64,000 bases of DNA from Octopus vulgaris (GCA_951406725.2 OX597818.1:81530001-81594000); one strand, 5' to 3'; counted from the stretch's first letter, positions 25,846 to 40,538 are shown. Numbers and translations are program-made. The notes: generated by a model not told the origin, from the sequence alone.

Positions 25846-26135
25846 CCTAGGGACCCACAATAACAGGATGCCACATCAAGATGCCACATCAATATGCCAC
25901 ATCAAGATGCCACATCAAGATGCCACATCAAGATGCCACATCTTTTGTATTTCAATTTCCAGATCCTTAAATTTATCTAATTTGTCAAATTCCTTTACAG
26001 ATATATATTTTATCAGTGGGAAAATTTAAATCTGTTAGTGTACAAGTATTTTCATCCCTATCTTTAATAATTATATCTGGTTCATTAACCTGTACCATTC
26101 TGTCAGTGTTGTCTGGAAAATCCCAGAAGATATGG
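25840..26135 (-). pseudogene. Dong-type RLE fragment containing a 13-bp tandem expansion
   Basis: WDFPDNTDR..EPDII.KD; DKLDKFKDLEIEIQKMWHL; (GATGCCACATCAA) about 6 times at 25867-25942; PVIVG. Confidence 0.75.
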
Positions 26136-26579
26136 GATCAGGGATCGAACCGGGAGAATCGTTAGTGCGTCGGACAAAATGCTTTACTCCTGCTCTTAAA
26201 TTATGAGATCTTTCCAGCCGAGTTCAGCTTCGCTTTTCATTCCTTCCGGATTAACATTGCAGTGTAATTCATATGTCCCTTTCCCTCAAAAATTGCTGAA
26301 ATTAATTCTTGCAACCGTACAGTTTCTCCTCCAGGGAGAATGTTATGCTCTCAGTGACTTATACGGCATAAAACCGAATTACCGGTCTTATGAGCCCGAG
26401 GATTCAGTGAATATATAAAATAAATTAATAAAATAAGTAAAACTCAGAATATGATGATGAGTGAAATGTCCAACGTGTTAACGATTCTGCTACTTAAGAA
26501 AACTAAAACAAATAGTCACAAAACACGAACATAACAAAAAACCTGTTTTCTGTCTTTAAGGAAGCTCAAAAAAAGAAGT

Positions 26580-27114
26580 CATAGTACCTAACAACTATGG
26601 CTCCTGATCTTAACTGATTGGAAGTGTTATCATGTACATTGTTTTGTCTTGGTATAAAAGACGGGCTACAGCAAATATTCTGCACAATACCACAGATTTG
26701 CTTGTCACTTGTTTGACCGTAACCAGTTGAGCATGTCCCTTAGTGGGTGATGATATGTGCATCTCTGACAATGAGCAGAAGTAGTGGGGGAGCATCATAG
26801 CCGTGTATTGAAAGGAATTCTGAGAGGTTTGGATAATTTACCTTTGGAAACTCGGGTGGTTCTTTCAACATCCTTAAACAATCCTTATTCATGGAGCTTT
26901 TTAGCGGGATGGGCTACTCGACCAGAAGAAAATTCTAATTGGGCCCCTCCTGCAAGGTCATGCGCTGTTTATTTTGATATGAAGTGAGTGATGTCGCGCA
27001 CATATGGTTGTGATGCATGTGTCTGGTGTACCCTTATCAGACGTGTAGTCATGATGGTATACTGGGCTTCGTATATTTTACCCCAGTGTCACTTTGATGA
27101 CATTCACTCACTCA
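26580..27114 (+). mobile_element. family D copy
   Basis: Aligns to 24846-25402 and ends CACTCAATAATAAT. Confidence 0.85.
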
Positions 27115-27129
27115 ATAATAATAATATTG

Positions 27130-28895
27130 ATAATCCTTCTACTAAATCACAAGGCCACAGATTTGTGAGGAGGAGACCAGTCGATTACATCAACCCTAGT
27201 GTTTCATTGGCGCTTAATTTATCGACCCCGAAAGGATGAAAGGCAAAGTTGACATCAGCGAAATTTGAACTCAGAACATAGCGAGCAGCTATATACCGCT
27301 AAGCATTTCGTCCTGCGTACTAGCGATTCTACTAGCTCGCTGTCTTTGTAATAAATCATAACTCCCCTACATTTGAGAAATTGCTCCTATGTGCGGTTTG
27401 TTTCATCAGATACTTTCTAATATTCCTACAATATATGTGGCCTAAGATGTTTTTTTCTTTTATATCCTTATTAGTCACCACTTTTAGAGACAAATTTAAA
27501 ATTGTATGGTAGACGTTTCTTAAAGTTACCAATACCAGGTGTATTGGTAACTGAAGAGATGAAAACTGGCTTTTTTGTCAGTAATTAGACTGGTACCGTG
27601 CTACATTACCGCCTTTAAAAGCATTCTTCAAACAAACCTGGTAGTTTGTGCTTTTAGCCCCCGTACTTATACTATCTGTCTCTTATGCTGAACCGTTATG
27701 TTGCGGGGATTTAAACAAACCAACGTCAGTTGACAAACGGTGAGCGGGGAACAAACACAGGCACACAAATATATATACATTAGCCTTTTACAGAGTTTCC
27801 GTTTACGAATTCGTGCACAATACATTGTTTCGCAGGTAACTTAGAAGACACTTGACCAAGATACTGCGCAATGGGACTGGACCTGAAACAATGTGATTGC
27901 AAAGCTAACTTCTGAATCACACAACCATAATGAAGAGTCTAAGCTGTAATCAGTTAATTGAGCACACTAATATCAGTCAATTTAACGATTCTATAAGCTT
28001 TAATCGATTTAGGGAGAATAAAAAACAAAACTGACTTCGGTTGGATTTGAACTTTGAACGCGGAGAAATGCAACTAAATACCGCATCTTGATTTTCTGGT
28101 GGCCATGGTGATTCTTATCGATTATTCATAAAACAAAAACTCAATATTATGAAATATATGAAGTGTTACTCATCGTATAGTGAGTAATGTCTGCTATAAA
28201 TTTTCCCACTATGGATATTATCAGATCATGTGACACAGCCACAATAATCTTTTCTAATTTTGGTACAATATCAACAACTTTAAGGGTAGGGGAAATCAAT
28301 TACAACGACCCCAGTCTTCTACTGCTACTTATTTTATCAACCCTGTAGGGATGAAGGAAAAAATCGACCTCGGTGGTATTTGAACTTAAGGACCTTAAAA
28401 ATATGTCGATAAGCATTTTATCCAACGTGCTTAGGACTACCAACTCGTCGCCTTTAACACAGCTATAATAATATTGGTTTCAAATTTTGGCACAAGGCCA
28501 GAAATTTTAGCAGCTGGAGTAAGTCGATTACATTGACCCCAATGTTCAACAGTTACCTATTTTATCGACCCCGAAATAATGAAACGCAAAATCGACCTTG
28601 GCGGAATTTGAATACAGAGGGCAAGGACGGACGAAATTCTGCTAAGTATTTTGACCGGTGTGCTAACGATTCGCGCAGCTCGCCACAGCAAAGGAAAATC
28701 TAATATTGTTTTAGCTGTGATAAAGGCGTCAACCTGGCAGAATTATTAGCACGTCGGGCAAAATGCTTAACGGCATATCGTCCATCCTTATGGTCTGAGT
28801 TCAAATTTCACTGAGGTCGAATTTACCCTTCAGCTTTTAGGGATCGATAAAATAAGTACCAGTTGACCACCCGAAATTGTTGGCTTTGTGCTAAA
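27130..28895. mobile_element. cluster of SINE B copies (27130-27345 -, 28245-28455 -, 28470-28687 -, 28722-28895 +) and an old SINE A (about 27620-27929 -)
   Basis: Repeated B-core motif TTTATCGACCCCGAAAGGATGAAAG and A motifs. Confidence 0.75.
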
Positions 28896-28959
28896 GAAAA
28901 AAAGGTAAAGGTAACATCTAGAGTCCTACAACTCGCAGGGTCGACTGCCGAGTCGAATA

Positions 28960-29610
28960 GGCACTCAGTCGATTACAACAACAAGAGTTCCAGTTGATTC
29001 GATCAACGGAACAACTTGCTCGTCAAATTAACGTACAAGTGGTGGAGAACTCAACAGATAGGCATACCCATAATGTAGTTCTCAGAGAGATTCAGCGTGA
29101 CGCTGGATTTGACAAGACTGACCCTTTGAACCTCTCATTTTTGCTAGCCGAATGGACTGGAGTAACGCGAAATAAAATGTCTTGCTCGAGGAGGGTACGA
29201 GCTGCCGGGAGTGGAACAGACGTTTCTCACTATTTTTGCTGAAAGGTCGGTGCATGTGGCGAGGATGACCCTTGTGAAGGAGCCTAATCTGAACATACGC
29301 TTGTAAGGAGGAGGGGTTAAAGAGGAGTGAAGTACCAGCCAGAGTTGTCTTTGGTCGTCGGATTAACCAGGATATATGGGATTCCTTGATTGGCCCTGCG
29401 ATCTCAACACTCTGACTGAACGGGTCATCAATCCGTTGCTGGGCAACCTTTTTTACAGCTGAATGAATTGATGGAACGTGAAACGAAGTATTTTGCTCGA
29501 GAGCACAACGTACTGCCTGTCTCAAGAATCGAACCCACAATTTCCCATTGAGAGAGAGAGAGAGAGAGAGGGGGAGAGCAATACCCCAATCACTGGGCCA
29601 CACAACTTCA
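28960..29610 (-). mobile_element. further tRNA-derived SINE remnants (family F)
   Basis: Minus strand TGGCCCAGTG...GGTTCGATTC...GTTGTGCTCTCGAGCAAAATACTT; a second similar head near 29150-29215. Confidence 0.5.
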
Positions 29611-30057
29611 CATAAGATCATACGGTTTATATACAAGATAATAAAATCAATACAAAAGTTCGGAATAAAAATATTTATTAATTTAAAATAAAATTAAATA
29701 AAAAAAAAAGTTATCATTTGTATATCTCCAATAAATATATATATATATATATTTTATCAATAACAATAATTACCGGTTAACCCACAATTAATTAGCGATC
29801 TAACCTATTGATTTATTATTACTTATGAGGTAGAGTGATTAGCGCGGCCACGCAACCAACAATCAATATCATTAGTATTGATGACGATAATTACTGATAT
29901 TTAATCTACTCTGTCTTTCTCTCTTCATAACACACACATACATGCACACACATACACACATTTAAATTCACATTTATGTTTATAAATGTGTAAGTTAATG
30001 TCACTGTATATATATAATCTGTCTCTATATTTTCTTTATCACACACTCTCTCGACAC

Positions 30058-30120
<63 letters not shown>

Positions 30121-30122
<2 letters not shown>

Positions 30123-30280
30123 CGCAGGAGTGGGTGTGTGGTAAGTAGGTTGCTTACCAATCACATAGTTTCGGGTTCAGTCCCAATTCGTGGCACCTTG
30201 GGCGAGTGTTTTCTACTATAGCCTCGGGCCGACCAAAGTGAGTGGATTTGGTTGACGGAAAGTCAAAGAAGCCTCTCGTA

Positions 30281-30360
<80 letters not shown>

Positions 30361-30380
30361 CGTGCGTGTGTATGAGTGTG
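30121..30380 (+). mobile_element. SINE A, 5' half
   Basis: A head through to the internal microsatellite. Confidence 0.85.
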
Positions 30381-31609
30381 TGTTTATGAGTTTGTTTTTA
30401 TCCACATATCAGCCTAGCAAATGCTAAAACACCAATGTGGTGGTGGAGCGGGTAGGAATAGGATCCATGAAAAGGTAGATAAGCCTGTGTAGGTCTATAC
30501 TGTATATATATTATATATATAAAGCATACATGCGCACACACAGTTAGATACAGACGCATACTCATATATATGCACACATATTCACCTGTATCAATATAGA
30601 AATATACTTATATAGACACGTATACGCGTGCGCACACACATATAAGGTTGATAAAATTTTGAAAAATTATAAAAAAATATTTCTTAATTATCAACATCAT
30701 AATCATCATTATTTAAATTCCAGTTTTCCATGCTAATTTTCTACGGTCGGGTCCCTTTCTTGTTGCCAACCCGTATGTCTCAAGGCATCTGAGAACAAAA
30801 GAAGTAGTCTTTTACATAAATTGCTCAGTGAGGTGTCTATAGAGAATAATATTTCCAAGCGTTCTTTCAGAATTTGCTGTGTTTTCGGTTTCTGGAATAG
30901 CTCTAGATATAAATTCATTTGTACTTTGCGGATATAGTAATTTTAAAACGTTTGATTCGATCTAAAGTGGTGTCTAAAGTAGCAATTGTGTAAACCTCAC
31001 CGTAACTGAAACATTTGGTTGTAGGCCAATTATATTTATACACATTTATATATTTTTAAATCCAATACCGTATCACATATAATACAATCTGTATTTAGCA
31101 TCTTCAATTTTTGGTTAAGAAATCCTATCGATATTACTTTTAGAGTAGTGAGTGATAGGCATTCTGAGCAGCTTCCAAATTCTTGCGTCCAATTCCGGTA
31201 GCACCGTAGTTCTCAAAAAAAAAAAAAAAAAAAAAAACTATGCGGAGTATCTCAACACTGGCCCACCTATTGATTGGTATGAAGACATTATCTCCAGTCA
31301 ATATTATTTTCAGCACCTTCCGTATCTTTGTTCTTCTAATCTTTCGAGACATTCTTTCTCATTTACCTTCCTATTTTCTTATCATGCTGCAAGCCTAACT
31401 ACTCGGATATTTCTTTATCATTGGCTATAAAAGAAAGAACACGTATTCATATCGATTAATCTGAAGTAAATAGTCTAGTGAGCATCAAATCAAATTTAAG
31501 ATCATTGAATTGTTTCAGTTATTGGACTGTGACCAGAGTGGGGCAGAATAATGAAGGATGTAGTCGAACAGATCGTCTCCAATACTAATATTTTACAGTC
31601 TGGTATATA

Positions 31610-32022
31610 TTCTTATTTCTTTATTGCCCACAAGGGGCTAAACATAGAGGGGACAGACAAGGACAGACAAAGGGATAAAGTCGATTACACCGACCCCAGT
31701 GCGTAACTGGTACTTAATTTATCGACCCCGAAAGGATGAAAGACAAAGTCGACCTCGGTGGAATTTGAACTCAGAACGTTGCGGCAGCCGAAATACCTAT
31801 TTCTTTACTACCCACAAGGGGCTAAACACAGAGAAGACAAACGGATTAAGTGCGTAACTGGTACTTATTTAATCGACCCCGAAAGGATGAAAAGCAAAGT
31901 GATCCTCGGCGGAATTTGTACTCAGAACGTAGCGGCAGACGAAATACCGCTAAGCATTTCGCCGGCGTGCTCACGTTTCTGCCAGCTCGCCGGCGTGCTC
32001 ACGTTTCTGCCAGCTCGCCGCC
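31610..32022 (-). mobile_element. dimeric SINE B1 inserted into a SINE A
   Basis: Same dimer junction as 13991-14408; TSD TCTGGTATATATTCT (31599-31613) / TCTGGTACTTATTCT (32025-32039). Confidence 0.85.
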
Positions 32023-32133
32023 GTCTGGTACTTATTCTGTCGGTCTCTATGCAGAAAAACGTAAGTTTCGGACAGTAAAGTAATCAACACCGGATGCCAA
32101 GCGGTGGAGTGACACACACAAAAACAGGTGTAT

Positions 32134-32177
<44 letters not shown>

Positions 32178-32754
32178 ACGCACACGCACACGCACGCACA
32201 CACGCACGCGGACGACCGTATGATGTCAACAGCACAACTAACACAGCTGTGCCGACGATGGCAATAATAACAACAACTACCACGATGGTAACACCGTGCA
32301 CACATACACAGAAGAATACAGGAGCTGAACCTGTCTTTTTTCTTGGGTCTTAGGACAGCACACACACACACTATGTGTGGGTGTGTGGGGGCGTGCCTGT
32401 GCTTGAGAGTAAACAAAAATATGATAACTTGATATAGTATGATTGATGTGTTGGCTTAAGATAAATTGCGACACAATATAATGTTTGAAGAAAAATGAAT
32501 ACAAGAATTGCTCTTCTTAAGCTATAATATGAAGTATGATATATTATTGCTGAAATGCGGCTAAGTGTGACTAAGGTAGAGACCAATGATGCCAGCGCAA
32601 GTTCTACTGAAAACAGGAGGCAAAATATTGACCTTCGCCCCTCGTGGAATAGAGAGGGTTTACACAGGATCGGAAGACAAAACAAAAGAAAAGACACAAC
32701 TTTCGGAGGTGTAGTTGTAAGACAAATGATTGGACCTGAGACCGTATTTATCTT

Positions 32755-33486
32755 GTACTTGTTTCAGTCATTAGTCTACGGCCATATACTGGGGGGTATG
32801 ACCTTCAAGAAATCTTGGCGAACGAATCGACCCTAGTACTTATTTTCTAAAGCCTGATACTTATTCTATCGTTCTCTTTTACCGAACTGCTAAATTACGG
32901 GGACGTAAACACACCAATGCCAGTTGTCAAGCGGTGGTGAAATACGAACACTGATAGAAAGACACACACAGGTATATACATACGTATATAAATATATATT
33001 TATATATATATATATACGTATATATATATATATATATGTATGTGTTTGTGTGTGTGTGTCTTTCTATTAGTGTTCGTATTTCACCACCGCTTGACAACCA
33101 GCATTGGTGTGTTTACGTCCCCGTAATTTAGCAGATACACACAGGTATATACATACGTATATTTACATGTTTCAGTTATTTGGCTGTGACCATGCCGCAG
33201 CACCACATTTAGTCGAACAAATCGACCCCAGGACTTATTCTTTGTAAGCTTAGTACTTATTCTATCGGTGGTTTTGCCGACCCGCTGAATTACTGGGATG
33301 GAAACCCACCAACATCGGTTGTCAAACGATACTGGTAGGACAAGCACAACGGACTGCTTCTTTCAGTTTCCATCTACAAAATCCACTGAAGGCTTCGGTC
33401 AGCCCAAGGCAAAAGTAGAAGAGAGTTAGCCAAAGTACCACTCAGTGGAACTGAACACGGAACATACTTCTTACCACACAGCCACG
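32755..33486 (-). mobile_element. SINE A copies with an internal inverted duplication
   Basis: A tail and body at 32755-32970, inverted copy at 33052-33134, second A copy at 33165-33486. Confidence 0.8.
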
Positions 33487-33656
33487 AAATAACTATCATA
33501 GCGTGGACGACTCGTGTTTGGTATTTAAAAGCAACCAAAGCTTTGTAATTCCACTGTAAGATTTATTATTTGTTATTTGCTGCTAAAACTTTTCTTCGCA
33601 CTAACTGCGATTTGATCACCCACAACGATACATTTCCTGTAAAGTATAGGCTTCGT

Positions 33657-33710
<54 letters not shown>

Positions 33711-34274
33711 ATGTGTGTGTATATGTCTGTGTGTTGTTTGTGTATGTGTGTGTGTTTGTGTGTGTATAAATTCAGTTGAACTGGCTATTTAAATTGAGGC
33801 ACCTTGTTAGGACGAACTTATTTGCACGCTCAAACAATATTAGGTGAGTATTAAACTCTACATAAAAAATTTTCCCCACCTGATATTCTTGCAGTGTATG
33901 CAGATAGCACGATCTAGCTTAGTGAATAAATCCGATCTTGTGTGTTCAGACATGTATTGTATATAAAGATACTTTCCAAATACTTCTGAAGTGCAGATTA
34001 CAGGTTAGGTGCGTAAAAAATGAGTAACAAATATGTATAAGTGTCGATTCATTACGGTCAATTCGATCGACTCCTTTAATATATTTACATACATACATAC
34101 ATACCTATATATATAATACTACAGGCTTCTTTCAGTTTCCGTCTCCCAAATCCACTCAAAGGCTTTGGTCGGCTCGAGTTATATAGTAGAAGACACTTAC
34201 CCTAGTGCCACACAGTGTAGCTGAACCCGGAAGCCACGAATACCTATTAAAACATTCATAAATTCCATCCTAGG

Positions 34275-34335
<61 letters not shown>

Positions 34336-34535
34336 TATTATTATTATTATTATTATTATTCCTATTTTTATCCTACATTATACTGGCACAGCTCGGTGCG
34401 ACCCCAAAAAACTAGTGTCGTTAGTTGGCATCAATAGGCTGTGCCTGGCATAGTAGAACAGAAGCTTTTTCAGCATATTCAAAACCTTTCCCGTAAACGC
34501 ACTTAAAGGATATATAAATGCATTTGTATGTACGC

Positions 34536-34568
<33 letters not shown>

Positions 34569-36139
34569 TTTATGTATGCGTGTATGTATGCACATATGTA
34601 TATATGTATTATATATGAGTGAATGTATGCATGTATTATATATATGTGTGTGTATGTATTTGTGCGTGTGTGTGTGTATGTGCGTGTGTGTATAAGTGTG
34701 TGTTTGTAAATGGAACGAACAAGCTTCAATCTAAATCATAACCATTACTTCTGTGCATTAGTAATATTACATTGGATGCAAAGCTATGTAATCTAAATAC
34801 TTCTAATTTACTTGAACCTTTTCTTTGATTATTGCCCAATATTTATGTGCATCGTACTTTTTGTACAGTTCTATCATTTATTCAGTTTTCTATATTAGCT
34901 TCTTGCTTTTTATGAAATACGCCATTTACTTAAAATTATTTTTGCAAGCTTGATCGTGCTGTCTACCTCTACTACAGGAACTGGATACTGTAGAATGATA
35001 AACGCAAGTGGAATAATAATTAATTATTAATAACACAGAGTTATTCATAGAAATCATAATCATGAAAATAATAATCCCCAAAATATGCTAAGTAGTACAT
35101 TAATGATCATTATTATCATGGAATTCATTGGTGTTACATAACTGATACAAGCAATTTACATTTAAATCTTCTAGCGATACACTCTTTGTATATCATTTAG
35201 GAATACCACAGATGTACTTGCTACATCTTTTCTCAGTACTTTCCAGCAAATGTAATTAAAATGTGAATGGGAAAGCTCTGCTCTTTCACAGAGAGCACTC
35301 AGGAGTACTCAGGCTAAAAGAGTAAAAAAGGTAAAGACAATAAATTCGTACAAATAAAGGTCACAAAACCAGCTGAAGTATCTGTAGACAGATCAAGCCA
35401 TTTCTCAGCGTAGACTACAGACATTGTGCTAAAGTAGTACCGAAATAAATTTGCGATGTTGAATAATGTGTTTCACTCTACATTACAATTAGGCACACTA
35501 TACTTAAGAAACTTTAAGGGTGAAAATAGTAGAATGCAAGAACAATCATTTATCATATTTAATCAAAGCAATTTTTAGAGTTGAAATCAACCTTCAATAA
35601 AGTTTATTTATTACTAACACTGAATCTATAAAATAAAAATACCAGCTATGTGCTGGTATCGTGTCGTAGCAACGAAAATATTTCATTGAGGCATATCATT
35701 GAATGTGAAATGAGCTAACGAGAAAGCTTGCTCCTGCTCTAAAAAATATCCATAACTTTCTCCTTTACACTTTTGTTTCTTAAGAAAAAAAAGAAAGAAA
35801 AAGAGATATATTAGGTTGTTATATGTAGGATTTGTCTGGAAAGAAACAAAGAAATCAAAAGACTAATTTTTAAAAAAGCAACAAAAAAAATGCTGTTGGT
35901 CACAGCTGCAATGCCGGTGTTAGTAAGTCTGCTAGATTATAGCTTACCAGGGTCTGGCAACAATAACGACTGCGACAGCAATAGTATTACCAAAAGATCA
36001 GGTGAATTGTGACAAATTTAGACAGAAGTATCGGTCAGCGTACGTGCACACTCACATATATATACATACACATATATATACATACACACACGCGCACACA
36101 TATATACATATGTATATATATACACACGCACACACACAA

Positions 36140-36172
<33 letters not shown>

Positions 36173-37052
36173 CGTATACATATATACACACACTCATACA
36201 CACATATATAAACATTTATCCATACATGTATATACATATATACTTACGTATGTGTATAAAAGTATAACATGAACGACATAAGGATTTAGTACACACACAC
36301 ACAAGACTAATATTCGGTAATGGAACTAAGATAAGAGAATTACACCAAAGGCAGATTATAAAGATATTTAGAAATTAGTAAACAAGATATAAAACAACAC
36401 ATTTACAAATGAAAGAAAAGATTAAGATAGACTATTGTAGACGTATTAGATTAATACTTAAAAAGAGCTAAGTATCGAAAGTAAAGTAAGAGGCATCAAT
36501 TCCCTAGCAGTTTCATTAATAATATATGATATTTAAAAAGTTATATTCTCAACTGACATTTAAATGAATTAACAATAATCAGCAGGAAAGCAAGAAACGT
36601 AATCACATATTTTTAAATACATTTTCCAAAAGTCTACTCCGATTATTTTTATTACACAAAAGCTAAATGGCAGCGGCCTTCTGTAGATTGCAATCTTTCA
36701 AAAATATCTTAGTAAGAAAATAAAGGAAAACTAATCTGATACATAGAATAATACATTTGAAGACAGTTGTGAATAGGATGGTGAACCAGTAACATAGGAT
36801 ATTCATAATCTAAACACCTAAACTTATATGTTGCTACAAAATGTCATGCTTAGTGGGTGTCGAAGAAATGTCTCTAAGTGTCATTATATGATAAGATATG
36901 GTCAGGAGCAACAACGCCTAACATCATAAACAATCAAATAAATATCATGAAGAAGAATACAAAACGCAACTACTCACTGTGTGAAGGTTCTAAAGAAACT
37001 AATATTATTGCTACTATTGTTGATATTCCATTTCCACCCCCTCCACTTCACG

Positions 37053-37084
<32 letters not shown>

Positions 37085-37117
37085 GTTGCTGCTGCTGCTA
37101 AAACAACAACAACAACA

Positions 37118-37650
<533 letters not shown>

Positions 37651-37696
37651 TGATAATAATAATACTAAAAAAAATAATAATAATCATAATAAATGA

Positions 37697-38003
37697 TAAG
37701 CTCTTATGCAGTACAAGTCAATGACTCTCATGGCTTGTGATCGCAACTGATTGGAGGTGTTATCATGTACATTGTTTTGTCTTGGTATAAAAGATGGGCT
37801 ACAGTAAATATTCTGCACAGTACCACATATTTTCTTGTCAGTTGTTTGACCTTAACCAGTTGAGCATGTTCCTTATTGGCTGACTATATGTGCATCTCTG
37901 ATCACGGGCAGAGGTAGTGGGGGAACATCATAGTCATGTGTTGAGAGGAATTCTTTGGGGCTTGGATAATTCACCTTTGGAAACATTGATGTTTCGTTCA
38001 ACA
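37697..38003 (+). mobile_element. family D 5' half
   Basis: Follows AAT-rich sequence; aligns to D. Confidence 0.8.
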
Positions 38004-38004
38004 T

Positions 38005-38330
38005 GAGTCTTGCGTAGAAATAGTACAAGCGCAGACACGGCAAGATGGCCCAGGACAAACGCGGGCTACTGTGCCGGAAGTATGGATACGAGGTAACAGG
38101 TGCTTGGTGCCAATATACATCGGAAAAGGTAAAGAATACTCTGGGATTTTGACTTCCAGACAGACAAGGTGTTCGAGCACCGAAGGCCAGATAGTAACCT
38201 TTAGAAGGGATAAACAAGAGTGCCTAATAATCGACGAGGCAGTGCCAGGAGATCAACATATTATCATGAAAGAAAGAGAAAAGATTGATAAGTATGGAGA
38301 CCTGAGAATTGAAATCGCTAAGACCTGAGG
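38005..38330 (+). pseudogene. Dong-type RLE fragment
   Basis: YKRRHGKMA...LCRKYGY, ILWDFDFQTDK..EHRRPD, ECLIIDEAVPGD....KEREKIDKYGDLRIEI. Confidence 0.8.
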
Positions 38331-39136
38331 ATTGAGATCACTAAGAGAATTGAGATCTCTACGAGTCAAACATAATATATGTGCATAAAGTTTGTCCCTG
38401 CTGCTGCTACTGTTGTTGTCGTTGTTCTTATCGATGTTGTTGGTATTGGTTTTGCTGTTGTTGTCACTTTTGCTCCCGTTGTTGTTGTTGCTATGACTAG
38501 TGCCGCTCCCGTTGCTATCTTTTTCGTGGTTGTTGTTGCTATCACTACTACTACTGCGGCTGCTGTCACTGTTGCAGTCGCTTTTCTTATCATTTCTAAC
38601 GCCGTTAGTGTTTCTGATACTATTGTTTTTACGGTTAGTTGGACTTTATACCATGACAGTCTTATTTTTCGCTTCCTTCCATTCCCTTTATTGTTGCCTG
38701 TAATGGAGAAAAGAGGAGGGTAGTCTTCATCCATTGCCATATTAACAGGCGGGTGTGTTTTGTTTTTTCTCAACTCTTTCAAGGCGCACTCCGCCGTCTT
38801 GTTGAGTTGTATTTCATTGAATTAAATCTAACACCCTTAGAAATTATCTGGTGGGCCGCAAATCATCCCTGGGGCTATACAACCATAAAAAAACAATAAC
38901 AGCTTCCTGATATTTCTATTCACAACTTGGAATAAAATAATTATTGAAAAAGGACACCGATCCTGGTGTAAATAAAGATTTTGAAGTGGACTTACTTGGA
39001 ACATTCAAAAATACCTCTGATGTGTTCGCCGGCAAATATTATATTAATAATAATAATAATAGTAGTATTGGTAGTAGTAGTAGTAGTAGTAGTAGTAGTA
39101 ATAATGATAATAATAATAATGATAATAATAATAATG

Positions 39137-39166
<30 letters not shown>

Positions 39167-39169
<3 letters not shown>

Positions 39170-39968
39170 TACATCGGAAAAGGTAAAGAATACTCTGGGA
39201 TTTTGACTTCCAGACAGACAAGGTGTTAGAGCACCGAAGGCCGGATAGTAACCGGATGGTTGAAACAGTGGACCACCTAATCTCTGGATGTAAAGTCTTA
39301 GCACCAGTGGATTATAAATTAAGACATGACAGAGTTGGCCAATATCTACACTGGCTAATAAGTCGACATTACAATATCAATACTGCCAACAAGTGGTATA
39401 ATCACCAACCTGAAGCTGTAACTGAAGGAGAAAATGTAACGATTCTGTGGGACTTTCCAGTACATACAGACCGAACCATCAAAGCCAATAAACCAGATAT
39501 TGTTGTGAAAGACCAAAACAATAAAGTTTGCTTATTGATTGACATGAGCATCCCCTGTGATCATAATATCTCGGCGAAAGTGTTTGACAAGCTCAGAAAA
39601 TATAAAGACCTGCTCATTGAAATTGAGAAAATGTGGCATCTCAAGGCGGTTACAATACCAGTGATCGTAGGAGTACTAGGAATGATCAAGAAGGGAACCG
39701 AAAATTATATGAGAATGATCCCTGGCTTACCATCCCTGCAAGAAGTGCAAACGATTGTCTTAACTGGTACATCACACGTATTGAGAAGAGCATTGTCGAT
39801 GTGAGAACTATTACTACCCATTTACTTTAATTTAACTTTAAAAAAATTGAGCGAACTAGTGAGTTTAGTTTAATGGCCTACCAATGTATACTATGAGTTT
39901 CTTTGCCCTAGGAGTCGGGAAGACACTCGGCAAGAAATGGAAGCAAATTTGAAAGAAGGAAAAAAAAA

Positions 39969-39970
<2 letters not shown>
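39167..39970 (+). mobile_element. R4/Dong-type retrotransposon, 5'-truncated, with intact RLE endonuclease domain
   Basis: ORF 39223-39804: ETVDHLISGC...RHD...LHW...ILWDF..HTDR....NKPDIV...LLID..IP......K..KY.DL (PD-(D/E)xK RLE); (AAT)n on both sides. Confidence 0.92.
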
Positions 39971-40045
<75 letters not shown>

Positions 40046-40046
<1 letters not shown>

Positions 40047-40536
40047 GATTCGAATAGGTCAGACATCATATTGAAAAACAATCATGCCTCCTCGTTGATA
40101 TGACTGTCCCAATCGATATAAACGTATCTGTCAAGACCTACCAAAAACTAAGCAAATATAAAGATCTTGAAATAGAAATTAGCAAAATGTGGAACCTGAA
40201 GACTAAAACAATACCTGTGGTCATAGGTGCCCCGAGAGTGATAGCAAAATGGGCTGACTGCTACCTAGCTCAGTTACCAGGAAACCCCAAAATGGCAGAA
40301 ACTCAAAAGATAGTACTCATGGGAACTGCCCGAATCCTACGCAAAATACTTTCTCCGTAATATCAAGTTTTAAAACATACAATTTTCGTATGTTATTTTG
40401 ACATACAACACTAAGTACAAAACCAACTATATGGCATCCTAGGCATAACACCAACATGAACTTCCAGCTTGTTGTCTCTTGAGGTCTTGGGTGAGACTTG
40501 GAGCCAACTTGTACAAATATAAAGCAAAAGTCAAAC

Positions 40537-40538
<2 letters not shown>
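40046..40538 (+). mobile_element. Dong-type 3' fragment, different subfamily
   Basis: ORF 40100-40360 KLSKYKDLEIEISKMWNLKT.TIPVVIGA; distinct 3' UTR; (AAT)n on both sides. Confidence 0.88.

Noticed and set aside
27524-27552. 12-bp perfect hairpin as terminator or miRNA
   Set aside because: Too short for a pre-miRNA, and intrinsic terminators are not meaningful in this context.
30980-31030. Helitron/Pif1-like motif CFSYGEVY on the minus strand
   Set aside because: A single weak motif with no supporting helicase sequence.
38366-38782. Thr/Ala- or Val-rich ORFs on both strands
   Set aside because: Degenerate (GTT/GCT)n low-complexity sequence.
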